Positions 32,972-46,139 of a stretch of DNA of 64,000 nucleotides are shown piece by piece; position 1 is the first letter of the stretch, and the number at the start of each line of letters is the position of its first letter. The notes under the pieces were generated by a model. That model was given only the letters and a program-made list of their open reading frames with translations. It was not told where the DNA came from and searched no databases. The stretch is from the human T2T-CHM13v2.0 reference genome, Homo sapiens. Made by a program: the position numbers and the translations under genes. The stretch lies in the NCBI RefSeq assembly GCF_009914755.1, contig NC_060929.1, one strand, 5' to 3'.

Positions 32972-34549
32972 CTTCACAAATACTTTATCACATACTTTTT
33001 GTGATATCTAACTAAGGAAATTTAGATTGGGAAAGGAGTGAACAAACCTAAAAATAAATTGACACAGGATGTGGAAACTTCCCTCCCATTCAGAGGGAGT
33101 AGGGAGTTGGCTAAGAGAAATTAACTTTAAAATGGCATTTTTAATAGAATGTTTTTATAATGTATTACATGTATAAATATGTACTTAAGCATAAAAAAAA
33201 AGTTATACTAACTTTGCTTTCAAAGGAGATGTAAGCCGTGGCAGGCAGTATCAGTAACTTAAGAGACCAGTGGGAAAAGCTTTATGTAAGATAATATATA
33301 ATCCAATTATGGAGATGCAAGTCATCACTGTATGTTAGTCTCAAAGAATTATAGTCATTTCACTACCACCATATTATTTATTACTTTGAATTCCTCAAGG
33401 TGAAGGGTTAAGGGAAGTGCCCTTCCAGATATTTTTTATTGTTGCTTTTCTTGGAGGTGGGTGTCAGCTGATTTTTTTTTCATTTTCATTTTTTTCATTT
33501 TTTCATTTTTCACTTGTTCATTTTAAGTTGGGCTCTAGAACTTAAGCTTTAGCTATCAGTTGAGAGGGTTTTAAAAATTGCAGAATTAAATCATGAATTT
33601 AGATTAATAGCCTTTCAATAATCCATGCCCAGTGAACTAATTACAAAACCACAAGCAGTAGAAAAGATCAGAAATTGCAGTTACCCATAGATTTGAAATG
33701 TTGACATTTGGCATCTGGCTCCAAAGTGGATGTTTACACAGTAGTTGTCTTTAATATCTTTTTCCAATAAGTTATATATTATTTTTGACTTGATTATTTT
33801 ATCCTATATACAGTACACTAAGCAAACAGCTGTTAGCCTGTGCAGAATTAAACATATTTCTTGAGGCATTTTAGATGTTGTAAACATGTCTATTCACTCA
33901 TTTGCAGAGAATTGTGCCATTGCCTGTCATTGGATTTGAGGAGGTCATCCAATCACAATGAAGTTCAATGAAATCTGAAGACTGGTTAGCAAAGTCTTAA
34001 CCATAACCACTTGCTATCTATTGAAATATATTGGGAAGCACAGATTGTATCATCATGAAATTTTCACACATGGTGGAACTCCATTTGTTAACAGTCACAG
34101 AGGGTGATGCTTGGCATTTTAAACTGCACCACAGTCTTAAATTCATTATCATGTGAACTGATAAGATCTAGTACAGAATTTAAAAATGGGTCATTGTTGG
34201 TTGTGATTTTTATTAAAGTCATCTGATTTTGATTTTTCAGTTTAATAGTCCATTTCCTCTTTGTAAGTGTGTGTTCTATGGAATCACAAATAATCATTTT
34301 AATCACTAGTATTTCTGAGATGAGATCATATGATACCCATATGTCTCGAGTTGCCTTCATACAAGGTCACACACAGTTTGTAGCTGGGAAGAAGAGCTAA
34401 AATGAAGCCAACAGGACAGAGGAACTTTTCAGGCAGGTGCGGTCTAATAGGCCCAAAAGGTTTGGAATTGCCTTCAAAATCAGGGAGATCCAAGTAAAAC
34501 ATCCTTTTTCCACTACTTCTGAGCTAAATCGCTTTGGGAATAGTAATTC

Positions 34550-35020
34550 GTTATTCATTCATTCAGTTGGTAAGTTGATAACATTTATAACATGATGGGA
34601 GCTTGCAGCCCAGCACTGTTGAGCACCAGGGAAATAGCAGTGGACTAAAAAGTTCCTTAATTCTGAGAGTGCAGGGGCACATGGAGGAAATAGATAGAGA
34701 CAATAGCAAATATCAAGTACAGTGAGTCTCCAAAGGAGGACCTAATCATGGGGGCTAGAGGAGGCTTGTCTAATAGAACCCAGGTCAAAGCTGAAGCCAG
34801 AGAATGAAAAGCCACGTTAGTGAGTAGGGGAATTCAGGGAACCAGGTCTGCCAGAGCAGGGGCAGCACATGTGGATTCCCACAGACTGACTAGCTTGTTT
34901 GGGGGACTGAAATGAAGCCTAGCTGATCCAGACAGTAAGGGGTGAGTCTGCAGAGGACAGTGGTGGCCAGATACGGAAAGGCCTTGAAAGAGATGTCAGA
35001 ATTTTAGATTGTTTTCCCCC
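34550..35020 (-). mobile_element. L2 fragment
   Basis: attcattcattcag...acatttat...cagcactgttgagcaccaggga L2-like. Confidence 0.5.
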
Positions 35021-35459
35021 CTAAGAACGTTATTTAGTATTTCTAAATGCCAATTGATTTAGCTATAAATTAAGATATCATCTATCTCATAGGTTTTTGT
35101 TTAAAGATTATGTGAGATAAAGATATCTCATAGAGTCCAAAATTATATATATAACTCCACTTCCAAATATTTTTTAATATAAAATTTTCTTAGAAAACAA
35201 GGCCTGGCACATTTTAACCATTTTATAAACATTGGTTATTCATTTTGTTGATTTTGTTATTGATAGCATTCTTATTAAATAAGCAGATTTGGGGAGAAGA
35301 GTCAGGACAGCATAATGGCTGAGAAGTCAGAACTAATTGTAAGCATATTTGCTAGTAAGGAGTCTCACAACTAGATACTTTCCAGAAGATCCTACCAACT
35401 TCAGGAGGAAAGTGAGTGACAAGCAGATTATCTTTGTTCTAAACTCGGAGGGCCTGGAG

Positions 35460-35635
35460 CAGTGGTTCTTAATCAACAGCAATTTTGCTTCCACAGGAAA
35501 TATTACTGCATGTCACAACTGGTGGGAAGGAGTGGTTTATAGAGACCAGTGATGCTGCTAACATCCTACATTGCACAGGACTACCGCCTACAACAAAGTA
35601 TTGTCAATAGTGCTGAGTGTGGGGACCCCTTACTC
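35460..35635. mobile_element. MER20-like hAT DNA transposon fossil
   Basis: cagtggttctt...tgtcacaactgg...gatgctgctaacatcctaca..gcacaggac...gtcaatagtgctgag. Confidence 0.7.
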
Positions 35636-36769
35636 AGGGCATGCTGGCCAAAGTTAGAATGGGGCCACAGTTGGCATGAGGTGCCCACTGCGGTTTCATG
35701 TCTTTCACGTTATCCCTTGGTTGTCTATACCTTCCTTTCCCTCTGTTATAGTTTTTCTCTACCTTGTTTCTCCTCTGTTGTAATGGAATACAAAGTATCA
35801 TATGGTGAATTACATACATAGTTTTCTCTGTCTCAAAGCTGCTGAAATATGTATACCTTCTCTAACTAATCAGCTTAAGCAAACCTCTGCAGTGGGTGGT
35901 AATTGTAGCTGACAATAGCAATCATGTGTTCCTAAAGTGGCAGTGGAGAAACATGAAGATTATGTGGGAGTGTCGAATCTGTGATTTAGGCGGGGCAGTG
36001 TCAAACATCTGCAAACAATATTGCTGGAACATCCAAATTAAACAAAACAATTTTTAAAAGAATATAAAGTTAGCATAATAACTAGAATCTAGGGGGAAAA
36101 TGTAACAAATGACTTTCTACTTCTCTAGAATAAACTGAAGAATTCTATAGTCAAAGCACATTATTGATTGTGCCAAGAGGTTTTGTATACAATCTCTCCA
36201 ATTTCCTTAGGGATTTCTATATTTCTTTTTAGTGCAACATTACTTTAATTGGATGTCAAGTAAAAGAAGTGGCTGGAAGCACCCATGTTTTATAATTTCT
36301 AATTTCAAAATTGATAAGAACACATGCTTCTGTGGTGTTTATGTGTATGATTTGCCAGAGTTATTATTTAAAAAAAAATTTGTAAATGTTAATTTTCCTT
36401 AGGCAGTCCACATTTATTTTAAATATTAAAAAATGAAGTTAGTAAATACATTATAATGCATGCAAGAATCAGATATGTGTATATTAATTTTTGTGTGCAC
36501 AATTTAATTTTGTGTGAGGCACTTTCTTAAATAATGGTTATTAGAATCTATTAAATTCAAACTTTATTTTTCATAATGCACAGGTAACAGGAATCTCTCC
36601 CAAACCTAAAAGTATTTAACAAATTTCACAGCTCAAGTAAAAGGAAAAAGAAAATAAGTGTAACTTTTAAAAGGTTGCAAACACTTATGGCATTTTTAAC
36701 CTTACCATTCTGAAGTAATAAAAACTATAAAGTATCAGAGTGGGGTCTGGGCTAACTGAGTAAAAGCCA

Positions 36770-37230
36770 CAAGATCCAGGCTAGTATTTCAAAACAGCAA
36801 TCTGATTATGTCATTCCTCCCTTAACATATTTTCATGGTTTCTCATTACTCTTGGAATAAAAACCACTCTCTAACCTAGCCTAGCACCCTGTACAACTTC
36901 TGGCTACCTCTCCAGCACCCCTCACACCAGGTACCTGTTGCCGCAGGGCCTTTACACCTATCATTTCCTTTGCTTAAAAGCCTCATCTCAGTTGCTCCTT
37001 GTGCCACTCTGGTGCTTAATCACTCGGACTAAGTCAAATCTCTATGTAATGCATAATCAGAACACCACAACCTGTCCTTTATATTTTTATTGCAATGGTT
37101 AATTTTTTTGATTTGTGTGCTGATTTCATGCAAGAAACAGCAAAGAATTGCTGTTATTTTTGTAATTAATTTGTTACAGATATACAGGGTTTATCAGTCT
37201 TATTTCCCAGTCATTTCTTATGGTGGCCCA
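36770..37230 (+). mobile_element. L2 fragment
   Basis: tctgattatgtcattcctcc...cagggcctttacac L2-like. Confidence 0.5.
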
Positions 37231-37434
37231 ATTGTGGAAAAGACGAGCCCACGAGAGAAGAGGTTAATAATTATAAATATGACTCATGTTTGTATAGAGC
37301 TTTATATTTTGCTAAGTCTATTCTATGTCTTATTCTCATTTGATCATTGTAATAATCTCAATGGTGATGTAGGAAAGTTATCTATTCAGCAAACATATTT
37401 TTAAGCAACTGCTATGATGCGGAGAACTAGGGAG

Positions 37435-38195
37435 ATATGTATATATATGTTGCTTTGCTATATATATAACATTTATATATATAAATAGTATATAAATGTG
37501 TATAATTGTGTGTATGTGTGTGTGTATATATGTAATGGGGAGGAGAATAATGTATAGGTATAAATTAAATAGGTAACATTATACAGGTAACATATAGGTA
37601 AAATTATATAGGTATATAGTAACATATAGGTAACATTATAATACAGTAATATTATATAGGTAACTTTATGTAGTAACATATAGGTATAAATTATATAGAT
37701 ATCATATATAGGTATAATACCTATATATTATATACCTATATAATAGAAATTATATACTTTATATATAAATTATATAATAAATATATTTTAAGATATAAAT
37801 GTATAAATTATACCTATAAAATTTATACCTATATAATTTATATAGGTATAATTTATAATTTATATAGGTAATAATTTATAATTTATATAGGTATAAATTA
37901 TATAGGTATATTATATAGGTATGTGATAGGTAAATTATATAGGTGTAAAAAATTATATAGGTATAATTATATAGGTAGCATTATATAGGTATAAATTATA
38001 TAGTAATATTATGTAGGTAACATTATATTATAGTAATATTATATACGTAACATATAGTAACATTATATAGGTATAAATTATAAAGGTATATATACACACA
38101 CCTATATATAACATTATATATACATAAATATATATTAAGCATATATTTATATTTATAACATGTGTTTATACTTATAGTATTATATATAGGAATAA
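37435..38195. repeat. AT-rich degenerate minisatellite (~15-bp TATATAGGTATAAAT-like unit) with internal orientation switches
   Basis: Many tataggta units, with a tacctata-oriented block at ~37717-37836. Confidence 0.9.
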
Positions 38196-38198
38196 ATT

Positions 38199-38262
<64 letters not shown>

Positions 38263-38267
38263 TACAT
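38199..38267. repeat. (TG)n(TA)n(CA)n microsatellite
   Basis: Directly visible alternating purine-pyrimidine tract. Confidence 0.95.
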
Positions 38268-38820
38268 AAATGTTTCTCTCCTACCTTCAAGGAGGTTGTT
38301 TTTTCACTGGATGTGGGAGAGGTATGGAAAAACAAAAATAACTACCTACCATGGAATGTCTTTAGGGTTGTGTTCAACATAAGACAAAACTGGTGCATGA
38401 ATGAGAACAGTAAATGGTTAATTCAGCCTGAGGAAGGCAAAGTAGTGGGAATAACATTCTGGGCAGAAGCAGCAACATAAATAAATGGATACATGACTGT
38501 ACATGGTTTGTGTTGATGTGACTCTGAGATGCCGAAGATATTGATAGAAGATGGCACACAGTTCCACCCACCTTGGTCTCCTTTGTATTTCTCTGTGTTG
38601 GTACCATTCCCAAAGCAGCCTCTCCCTTAGCAATGATAACAAAATCCAGTCTCATATGATTTCCTCTCAACATTTCCAATAAGATTCTCAAAACTGTGTC
38701 TCATGGGCTCCATATGGGTGAATCAGCCACTTTTTTAAGCCTGATTGGCCACATCTAATTTAAAAGCGCACTTCAAAACTCAGATCCAGATTAGATGCAG
38801 CCAAGCCACGTGTCTTAAAA

Positions 38821-39010
38821 CAGTAATTCTAAAGCTGTAGCACATATTAGCCTTCCCACGAGACCTTATTAACATGCAGATTGCTGGGCCAAATGCCCCA
38901 GAACATCTGATTCAGCATGTCAGGCTTTTGGCCTGATCATTTGCATTTATAACAAGTTTTTAGGTGATGCTGATGCTGCTGATACAGGGGCCACACTGTG
39001 AGAACCACTG
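38821..39010. mobile_element. MER5A-like hAT MITE
   Basis: cagtaattct...atgcagattgctgggcc...tttgcatttataacaag...gtgatgctgatgctgctg...gagaaccactg. Confidence 0.8.
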
Positions 39011-39339
39011 CCTTTGAGAACTGGAAGGATGGTTTCCCCTGAAAAATCTGAGGGCTGCTGCCTACAGATGTGACTGGATTCCAGGTTACCTGATGGCACA
39101 CAATTAAACTATGACTGCTTGTGCAAACTGTGAAACCTATGACAATTGTTTGCACATTGGCCTTTTTTTTCTTCTTGATCTTTCTACTCTGGTTATTCAG
39201 TAGCCTCACAATACTTTTCTGGCTATACAAGGTTGCTCACCTTTAAGCACTGGATCATTTTCCATTGAAGTGTGTATTCTCTGTTTGCTCTTCTCAGGAT
39301 AACTTGACCCAAAGATCTAATGGTTGCATGGCCACTACA

Positions 39340-40360
39340 AGCACAAAAGGTACCAGAGTTTTTGGATTAAGGACCCTGTTTTGCCATTTATGTGACCTTT
39401 GGTTGCTTAATAGCTGTGTGCCTTGGTTTTCTTATGTGTAAAATATTGGTAATAATATCTAGTAGTTATAACTATGCCGTAGAATTGTCAGGATTCCATG
39501 AGATAATATATATAAAGAGTTTAGAATAATTTCTGACACATACTTAAAGACAATATAGCCTTAGTCATTCTTATAAAGTGTTTACTGTCCGTGGCTTTAA
39601 ATAATTAGATTTGATAGGTTTTAGAAAAGAAGGGGCCCTGAAATGCTATTAGAGTGTAATTCCATCCTTTAATAGTTGATATAACTACAGAGAACTTTAT
39701 TATCTCACCAAGGATAAAGAGAGATGGTCAGTGGTCCCAGAACTCAGGTTTTCTGTGCTCATGCTACAATACCACGTTAAGTCTAACTTCTTTCCAACAA
39801 AACATGACTCCTCATGGAAAGACCATGGATTTGGAAAGCACAGAGGTAGATTGGGATTCCATTTTTTTCCCATATTCTAACCAAATAGCTTTAAGCAAAT
39901 CAAGTGCTCCCTTGGAGCCTGTGTTTACCTGTCTTTGAAATGGGATTAAAAATAGGCTGGGCATGGTGGCGTGTGTCTGTAATCCCAGCACTTTGAGGGG
40001 CCAAGGCAGGGACATGACTTTAACCCAGGAATCTGAGACCAGCCTGGGCAACAAAGCCAGATCCAATGCTACAAAAAATAAAAAAAAAAAATAGCTGGGC
40101 ATGGTAGTGCATACCTGAAGCCCCAGCAACTAGGGAGGGTGAGGCAAGAGGATCACTTGAGCCCAGGAAGTTGAGGCTGCAGTGAGCTGTGATCTCACCA
40201 CTGCACTCTAGCCTGGGTGACAGAGTGAGACTTTGTTTCTAAAGGAAACAAACAAACAAACACAGAAACCAGAAACATTTTAAGTGATATGTGAGGCCTA
40301 AATACAGAAATATGTATAAAGTGCCTGGAGAAATACCAGTTTGTTAGTACATGTTAAATT
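39340..40360. mobile_element. Cluster of MIR fragments (one interrupted by AluJ)
   Basis: tgtgaccttt...ctgtgtgccttggttttcttatgtgtaaaat...atgagataatatatataaag; aatatgtataaagtgcctgg. Confidence 0.55.
39955..40262 (+). mobile_element. AluJ-like SINE
   Basis: Dimer with gatcacttgagcccaggaagttgaggctgcagtgagc and an (AAAC)n tail. Confidence 0.9.
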
Positions 40361-41033
40361 CCTTTCCTTTTTTCTATTTCTTTGCATAAGCCTATTGCAT
40401 CTAAGCAAAAGCCTTTTCCTGTTATGCCAGTGGAATGACTAATGGTAGAAATTGTAGAGTGTATGTAGATTATATGGCAACATGATGAGGCAAAGTGTGA
40501 TGTGACTTCAAAGTGTGATGTGATGCCTATCTACTTTAGCAGGACCTTTGTGCCATGTAAGGGTGAAAAAGGAACAGCAAAGATAGTGGACCACGACTAA
40601 CATGGCTGACATGCTGTTTTGAAAATGAATTGAATATTAGTTTTTAGTTGAGGGTTTACATATTTCCAGACTTCTTTATGGGAATGGTAGGGGAAAGGCT
40701 GAATATACTCATCCTGAATACTGTGAAATAGGGGATACCTCTCTACTTATGATCCTCCCCCACTTTTTTAAAAATATGCTGGCCACTATCTGGTGTGGAA
40801 AATTGGCCTGTGCTTGTCTTTAGAACATGCTCCAAAGCATGCCTCTGACTTTGCCGGAAAGGCGTTCTCCTGTCTGTTGATATCTTTTTCTACATTCTCC
40901 ATTTGCGTAAATCTGATGGAATCTTTTAGACTAGCTCAATTGCCTTCCTTCATGAAGTCCTGCTCGGGTTGGACTGCATCAATTGCTGATCTCAGAGTTC
41001 TAGTTTGCTAGATGTCTTTAAAAATATTTATTA

Positions 41034-41119
41034 CCAACATGGCACATGTATGCATATGTAACAAACCTGCACGTTGTGCACATGTACCCTAGAACTTAAA
41101 GTATAATAATAAAAAATAT
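41034..41119 (+). mobile_element. Very short 5'-truncated L1PA (L1PA4/5-like) 3' end
   Basis: ccaacatggcacatgt...cacgttgtgcacatgtaccctagaacttaaagtataataat. TSD aatatttatta at 41023-41033 and 41120-41130. Confidence 0.85.
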
Positions 41120-42567
41120 AATATTTATTATACAATTAATACATATACAAATTTGAAACTAACAGACATAAGTGTAAAGCATAAAACAATCACTTGCAAT
41201 TTCACTAGCCAGAAGAAAGTGCGCTCACATTTTTCAAGCATGAATGTGTGTATGTGTAAAGAAATACTTGTATGTATGTGTGTATATACTTATGCATATA
41301 CAATTATATAACATCTAGTATCCTGTATCTTGCTCATTTACTTAACATTATACTATAAAATGTGAAAAATATGACTAGTACTTTTTCATCTGTACATTTA
41401 CATGAATCTTAGTAGTCAGATATAAGTTCTTCATAAGACATTTTAAAGTTATAAATAAGTAGCAAGACATGACTGGTTTCCTGGCTACTTATTTACTATG
41501 GGATCTTAGGCAAATTACTTATCCTGTTAATTTTTATGAAAAAATATTTAACTTGGTTGTTCTGAAAATCAGATGAAATAATGCAAATAAAATACGTAAT
41601 ATATGCCTGACACACTCAAAAACATTTTCATCACTATTGTTCACATTGTCAGTATTTATTTGTTAATTCAATATATGACAACTATGTGTCCAGAAATATG
41701 TTAGCTCTAACTTAACTTCTAGGAGCTTAAAACCTATTTAAGAAATTTTTACTACATAACAGTATTTCCACAATTGACAATAGGAAGTGATGGATAAGTT
41801 TGTACTAAATTAGAACAGCCAAGACTTTAGTTTTAAAAATTAGGTAGTGATACAAAAAAAATTGCAGAGAACAAGATTTTCTATATCTCGAAAGAGATTT
41901 TATAATGAGCTATCCAAACTTGTAACCAGCAACCTCAGTAATTTTCTTTTATCTTTTAGATTCTATAGTAAAAAAGGAAAGCCAAAATAGCCCTGTCACA
42001 TCCAGCCACTGTCAATTAATGCCTGGAACTGGATTAACTACTAGTAAACCAATTCAAGTAGCACGAGACTCACCAGCTGTCAGGCACGGTTAGTCTCCTT
42101 GGAGGGACCACATACATATCCTGTTGCCAAGGAAAATGGCCTATAACATCATCTTTTTTCAGGGCACGGGTAAATTCCTGTCTCATTCGTACAAAACCTT
42201 CAGAACTCTAGGAGGCCACGGGGTATAGATTAAAATTCATGCCTAGCAGAAACGGCTTCCATACTCCTCACTACACTCTCCTACACAATATTCAAAAGAG
42301 AATCCCAAGGACTTAGCTGTGTCTCAGCTCTGCATTTGAACTCCATTCATGTACATGTGGAGAACAGCTAGTGTTTTACAAAGGGCAGAGGTGGTTACAT
42401 TGAAAGTCCTTGGCATTATCACAAATCCCTATGTTTGTATTCTTTTTTATGGGATCCACAAGATTTTATCTATTGCATTCTTTTTTACCTAATGCCTTTG
42501 TTGTCAGGGTTGGAACATTGTTGAATTCCGGCAAACAATGGGAATGAATTGGTTTTATACAAACAAC

Positions 42568-42569
<2 letters not shown>

Positions 42570-42610
<41 letters not shown>
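42570..42610. repeat. (TG)n microsatellite
   Basis: About 20 TG units. Confidence 0.95.
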
Positions 42611-42612
<2 letters not shown>

Positions 42613-43609
42613 ATGCATGCATGTTTCCCAAAGACCAGAAAAGCAAAGGAGACTATTAAAATCTTAAAGCAAATCTGTGGGTTACTAGGCCTACCTGGGT
42701 CTTTATTTACTGTGTTCCACTGGATTACTGACTAGAAACACCTGTTGTAAGAGGAGGAGTACACGTGGCTGGTGCATGAACCTTGGTAAGTCATAGTAAA
42801 GCAAGAGTGTAAATACTGGAGTATGCATTCTCTGTCAATTCCATGCTACTTTTGGAGAAGTTTTGGCATTTGCTTCCTTGCATTTGGCACTATAGATTAT
42901 TTTAATAATGTTTACACTCTTGTTCTGCTCCCTAGCTCTACAAGCTGTTAAGAGAAACCACATTTAAACAAGCATCCCTGCATCTTTTGCGTCTACATGA
43001 AGAGGGTAGCAGGCTGTTCCCCAGAATAGTCTGTAAAGAATCTTCTCAAATAAACTACTTTAATGCTAAGCAAAATGCCACATATGTAAAATAGGTAATG
43101 CCGGATTATGTAAAATGCTTTTTAAAAGATGAGGGAAAAGGACTTAGCATCAAATAAATCTGTCAGCATGGGGAGTTCCAGAAATAGTTGTAACAGTGGT
43201 TTGAATTGCTTAATATTGCAATTACTATTTACTTCTTCAAATTAGCCTCCATTATCTTATGAAAGAATCTTAGAATAATTTATTTGACTCTCCAGGGGCT
43301 TGTGGCCATATCATGAATAGATGTTTAAAGAGCCTTCTAAGAGTCTGCTAAAACCTAAATTAATCTTTGTATCAAACACTTTTACTTATTGCTTTCCCCC
43401 TTCCAAACACCCCCACAATCCAAATTTCTCAAGGAGGTTTTATTCCTACATCAGTGTTAATGCATTGACATGCAGTAGGGAAATTAGCCTTGAGTTATAT
43501 GTATCAAGAGAAACAACAAAGCAAATGTGCTTTGTTCTTGGCAAGCTTACTTAATCTCTCATATATGTAAAGATGAATCAGAAAACAATATGATCCAGCT
43601 CATCTTCTT

Positions 43610-43990
43610 AATTGGAATCCTAGAATGAATGTTAGAGTAAAAAAGTACCATAGAGAATACCCAATCTAGATCCTTCTTTTCCTGTTTGAGAAAAAGGAGG
43701 TTTCAAATGCTAAAATAACTGACCCAAGGCCTACAGGCAGGTGTCTGTCAGTATCCAAACAATGCAAACAAGAAACCAGTGCTTGATGTTTCCAATTTCA
43801 TTTTACCATTTTACTATTCCAGCACCATTGCCTAATCAATAAGAATCAACCGGGAGGGTTTTTAGAAACAGAGATATCTAAGATTCTCTCTTAGAAGATC
43901 TGTATTAATAGTTGGAGTGGAGTCTGAGATTCTGCTTTTGACAAATGCCCTGGGAAATAATTAGGATACAGAAATTATAGAAAACTCCAC
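43610..43990. mobile_element. MIR fragment followed by MER5-like fragment
   Basis: gaatgttagag...tgacccaagg (MIR); aagaatcaacc...tgcttttgacaaatgccc (MER5). Confidence 0.45.
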
Positions 43991-45840
43991 ATTCTATCAT
44001 TCTGTCTTCAGAGATAAAAGATCACTACTAATCAAATAAACTGATATAGGAATTTCTAAAACATATGGCTATGAACTTATTTTAAAACATAGACTTATTG
44101 TCTGTGCTTATGTATTAGACCTTAGAGAAGCCGTGCATTTAGACCTGTATGATACATCCATTTATAAGTCAATTGTCCTGGGATCTGATTTTATGTTTAT
44201 GGTGTTTACATGTCTGTCATCTGTAATATTGGTATTTTTTAGAGTTCATCTAGATCTTTGACCATTCAGTCAGCACTCTGTTTAGTAAGATACGGAATCC
44301 AAAGATGCACTAAAACTATCCCAACTGTGCTATAGGAGATGTGCAATAGGAATTAATGTCAGGCAGAAGCAGTTAAAACACTTGGCAACTGCCTGAACTG
44401 CTATGCTTGCCGTTTCCTAGAGATAATGCAAATTGTGCTTTGGCAAGAGATTACCTGTCGATTTTTTTTCTTATTTTGTAATTGCTCCCTCACAAAAAAC
44501 ACAGGTTAGACTGTACCGTCTGCTGTCCATGGTGCTAATTGTGGTCTTTGCTGGGAAATGGTACCTTTTACAGAGCCAGCTTGTGAAATCCTTTAACAGA
44601 TTGTTTGCGATCCCTGTAATTCTGGCAGTGCCAAGCATATTTGAGTACTAGATTCTATGCTCAGTTAGTTTTCCCCCAAGTCACATGAGCTAAGCTTACC
44701 TGCAATCATTTAGATATGCATGGTTGACTTTCAGGTAATTTTCAGAGAAAAAGAATGGCAAATGAACAGAAGTTGAAAGTTACACTTTAAAAAGATAGCC
44801 TTAACCTCTAAAGCTCACATGGCTTATTTTAGGCATTTCAGAGGCTGTATACTCAACTTCTTGTGTGAATTGTGCTTTTAAACCATCCCATTTGACAATT
44901 AAAATGGAAACGTGGAAAAAGCCATTGTTTGTTTTTTCTATAGTCCCATCAATGTGCACTGTGCTGAACAATAGTCAGGGCATGGCAAACAAAGGCTCTG
45001 CCCCGTGGAGCTTACAATCAAGCTGCATGATGCAACGCAGAACAATACAATTCAGAACAAGCATGTGGTGATTAACAACCTTTCTAACTGGCATTCTTTG
45101 AAGAATAGGAGTTTATATATATACATATAAATCAGTGGGGTTGGGGGGCGGACATATAGTTTCATCTGTAGGGACTTTGACAGAAGATGCAAATCAGCCG
45201 TGGGTGCATAGACCAAGGAGAAAAGAAGATCAGGAGGATAGCATGATCAGTAATTAAATATTTCAGGGAGCTGTCTATGCACTGAATGGAGAACTGGAGA
45301 GCTCCTAAAAATAATGAGTATAGCCACCTTATGAAACAAAATGGGAACCAACGTGTTTAATAAAGAAGAGTCCCTTTCTTTCCAGTATTTCAGAAAAGGG
45401 GATGGGTTTAAAAGCAACCATGGAGAGCAATCGGGGATGATTGTGTATGGTGTGTGCTTAAAAATTTGAAATTTTACTTGAGCCATGAGGCATTTGATAA
45501 ATAAATTATCCATTGATTAATGGAAGAAGTAATGCAGTTTAGCTACAATTGTGTGTAGAGGAGTCCTTAATCCAGAGCCATGACTGTGTGGATTCAAACA
45601 TATCTTAGAACTTAATCCAGTGTTGTGTTTGTGTGTCGGTATGGGTGTGTACAACAATTTGGTTAAGTAGAGCAGCTGCTGGAAGCAAGAAGTCATTTAT
45701 CCTCACTCCAGTAATAATGGCTAATATTTATTGAATACCTACAATGGCAAAGTAGTATTCTCAGCAGTACTTATCTTATTCATTCCTCACAGAAGCTCTG
45801 TGAGGTAGCTGTTGCTACTATTTTAAATCCCAATGCACAG

Positions 45841-46139
45841 GGCTGGGCACAGTGGCTCATATCTGCAATCCCAGCCCTTTGGGAGATCGAGGTGATCAGA
45901 TCGCTTGAGCCCTGGAGTTCAAGAACAGCCTGGGCAACATGATAAGACCTTGTCTCTACCAAAAATACAACAATTAGCGGGGAGTGGTGGCAGATGCCTG
46001 TAATCCTAGATACTTGGAAGACTGAGATGGGAGGATCACCTGAGCCCCGGGAGGTTGAGGGTGCAGTGAGCCATGATCGTGCCGCTGCACTCCAGCCTGG
46101 GCAACAGAGTGAGACCCTGTCTCAAAAAAAAAAAAAAAA
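45841..46139 (+). mobile_element. AluJ-like SINE inside a MIR
   Basis: Dimer with degenerate TSD aaatcccaatgca / aaattccattgca. MIR-like flanks at 45720-45830 and 46150-46240. Confidence 0.9.

Noticed and set aside
37473-38480. Tyr/Ile and Cys-Val/His-Thr ORFs
   Set aside because: Translations of TA, TG and CA simple repeats.
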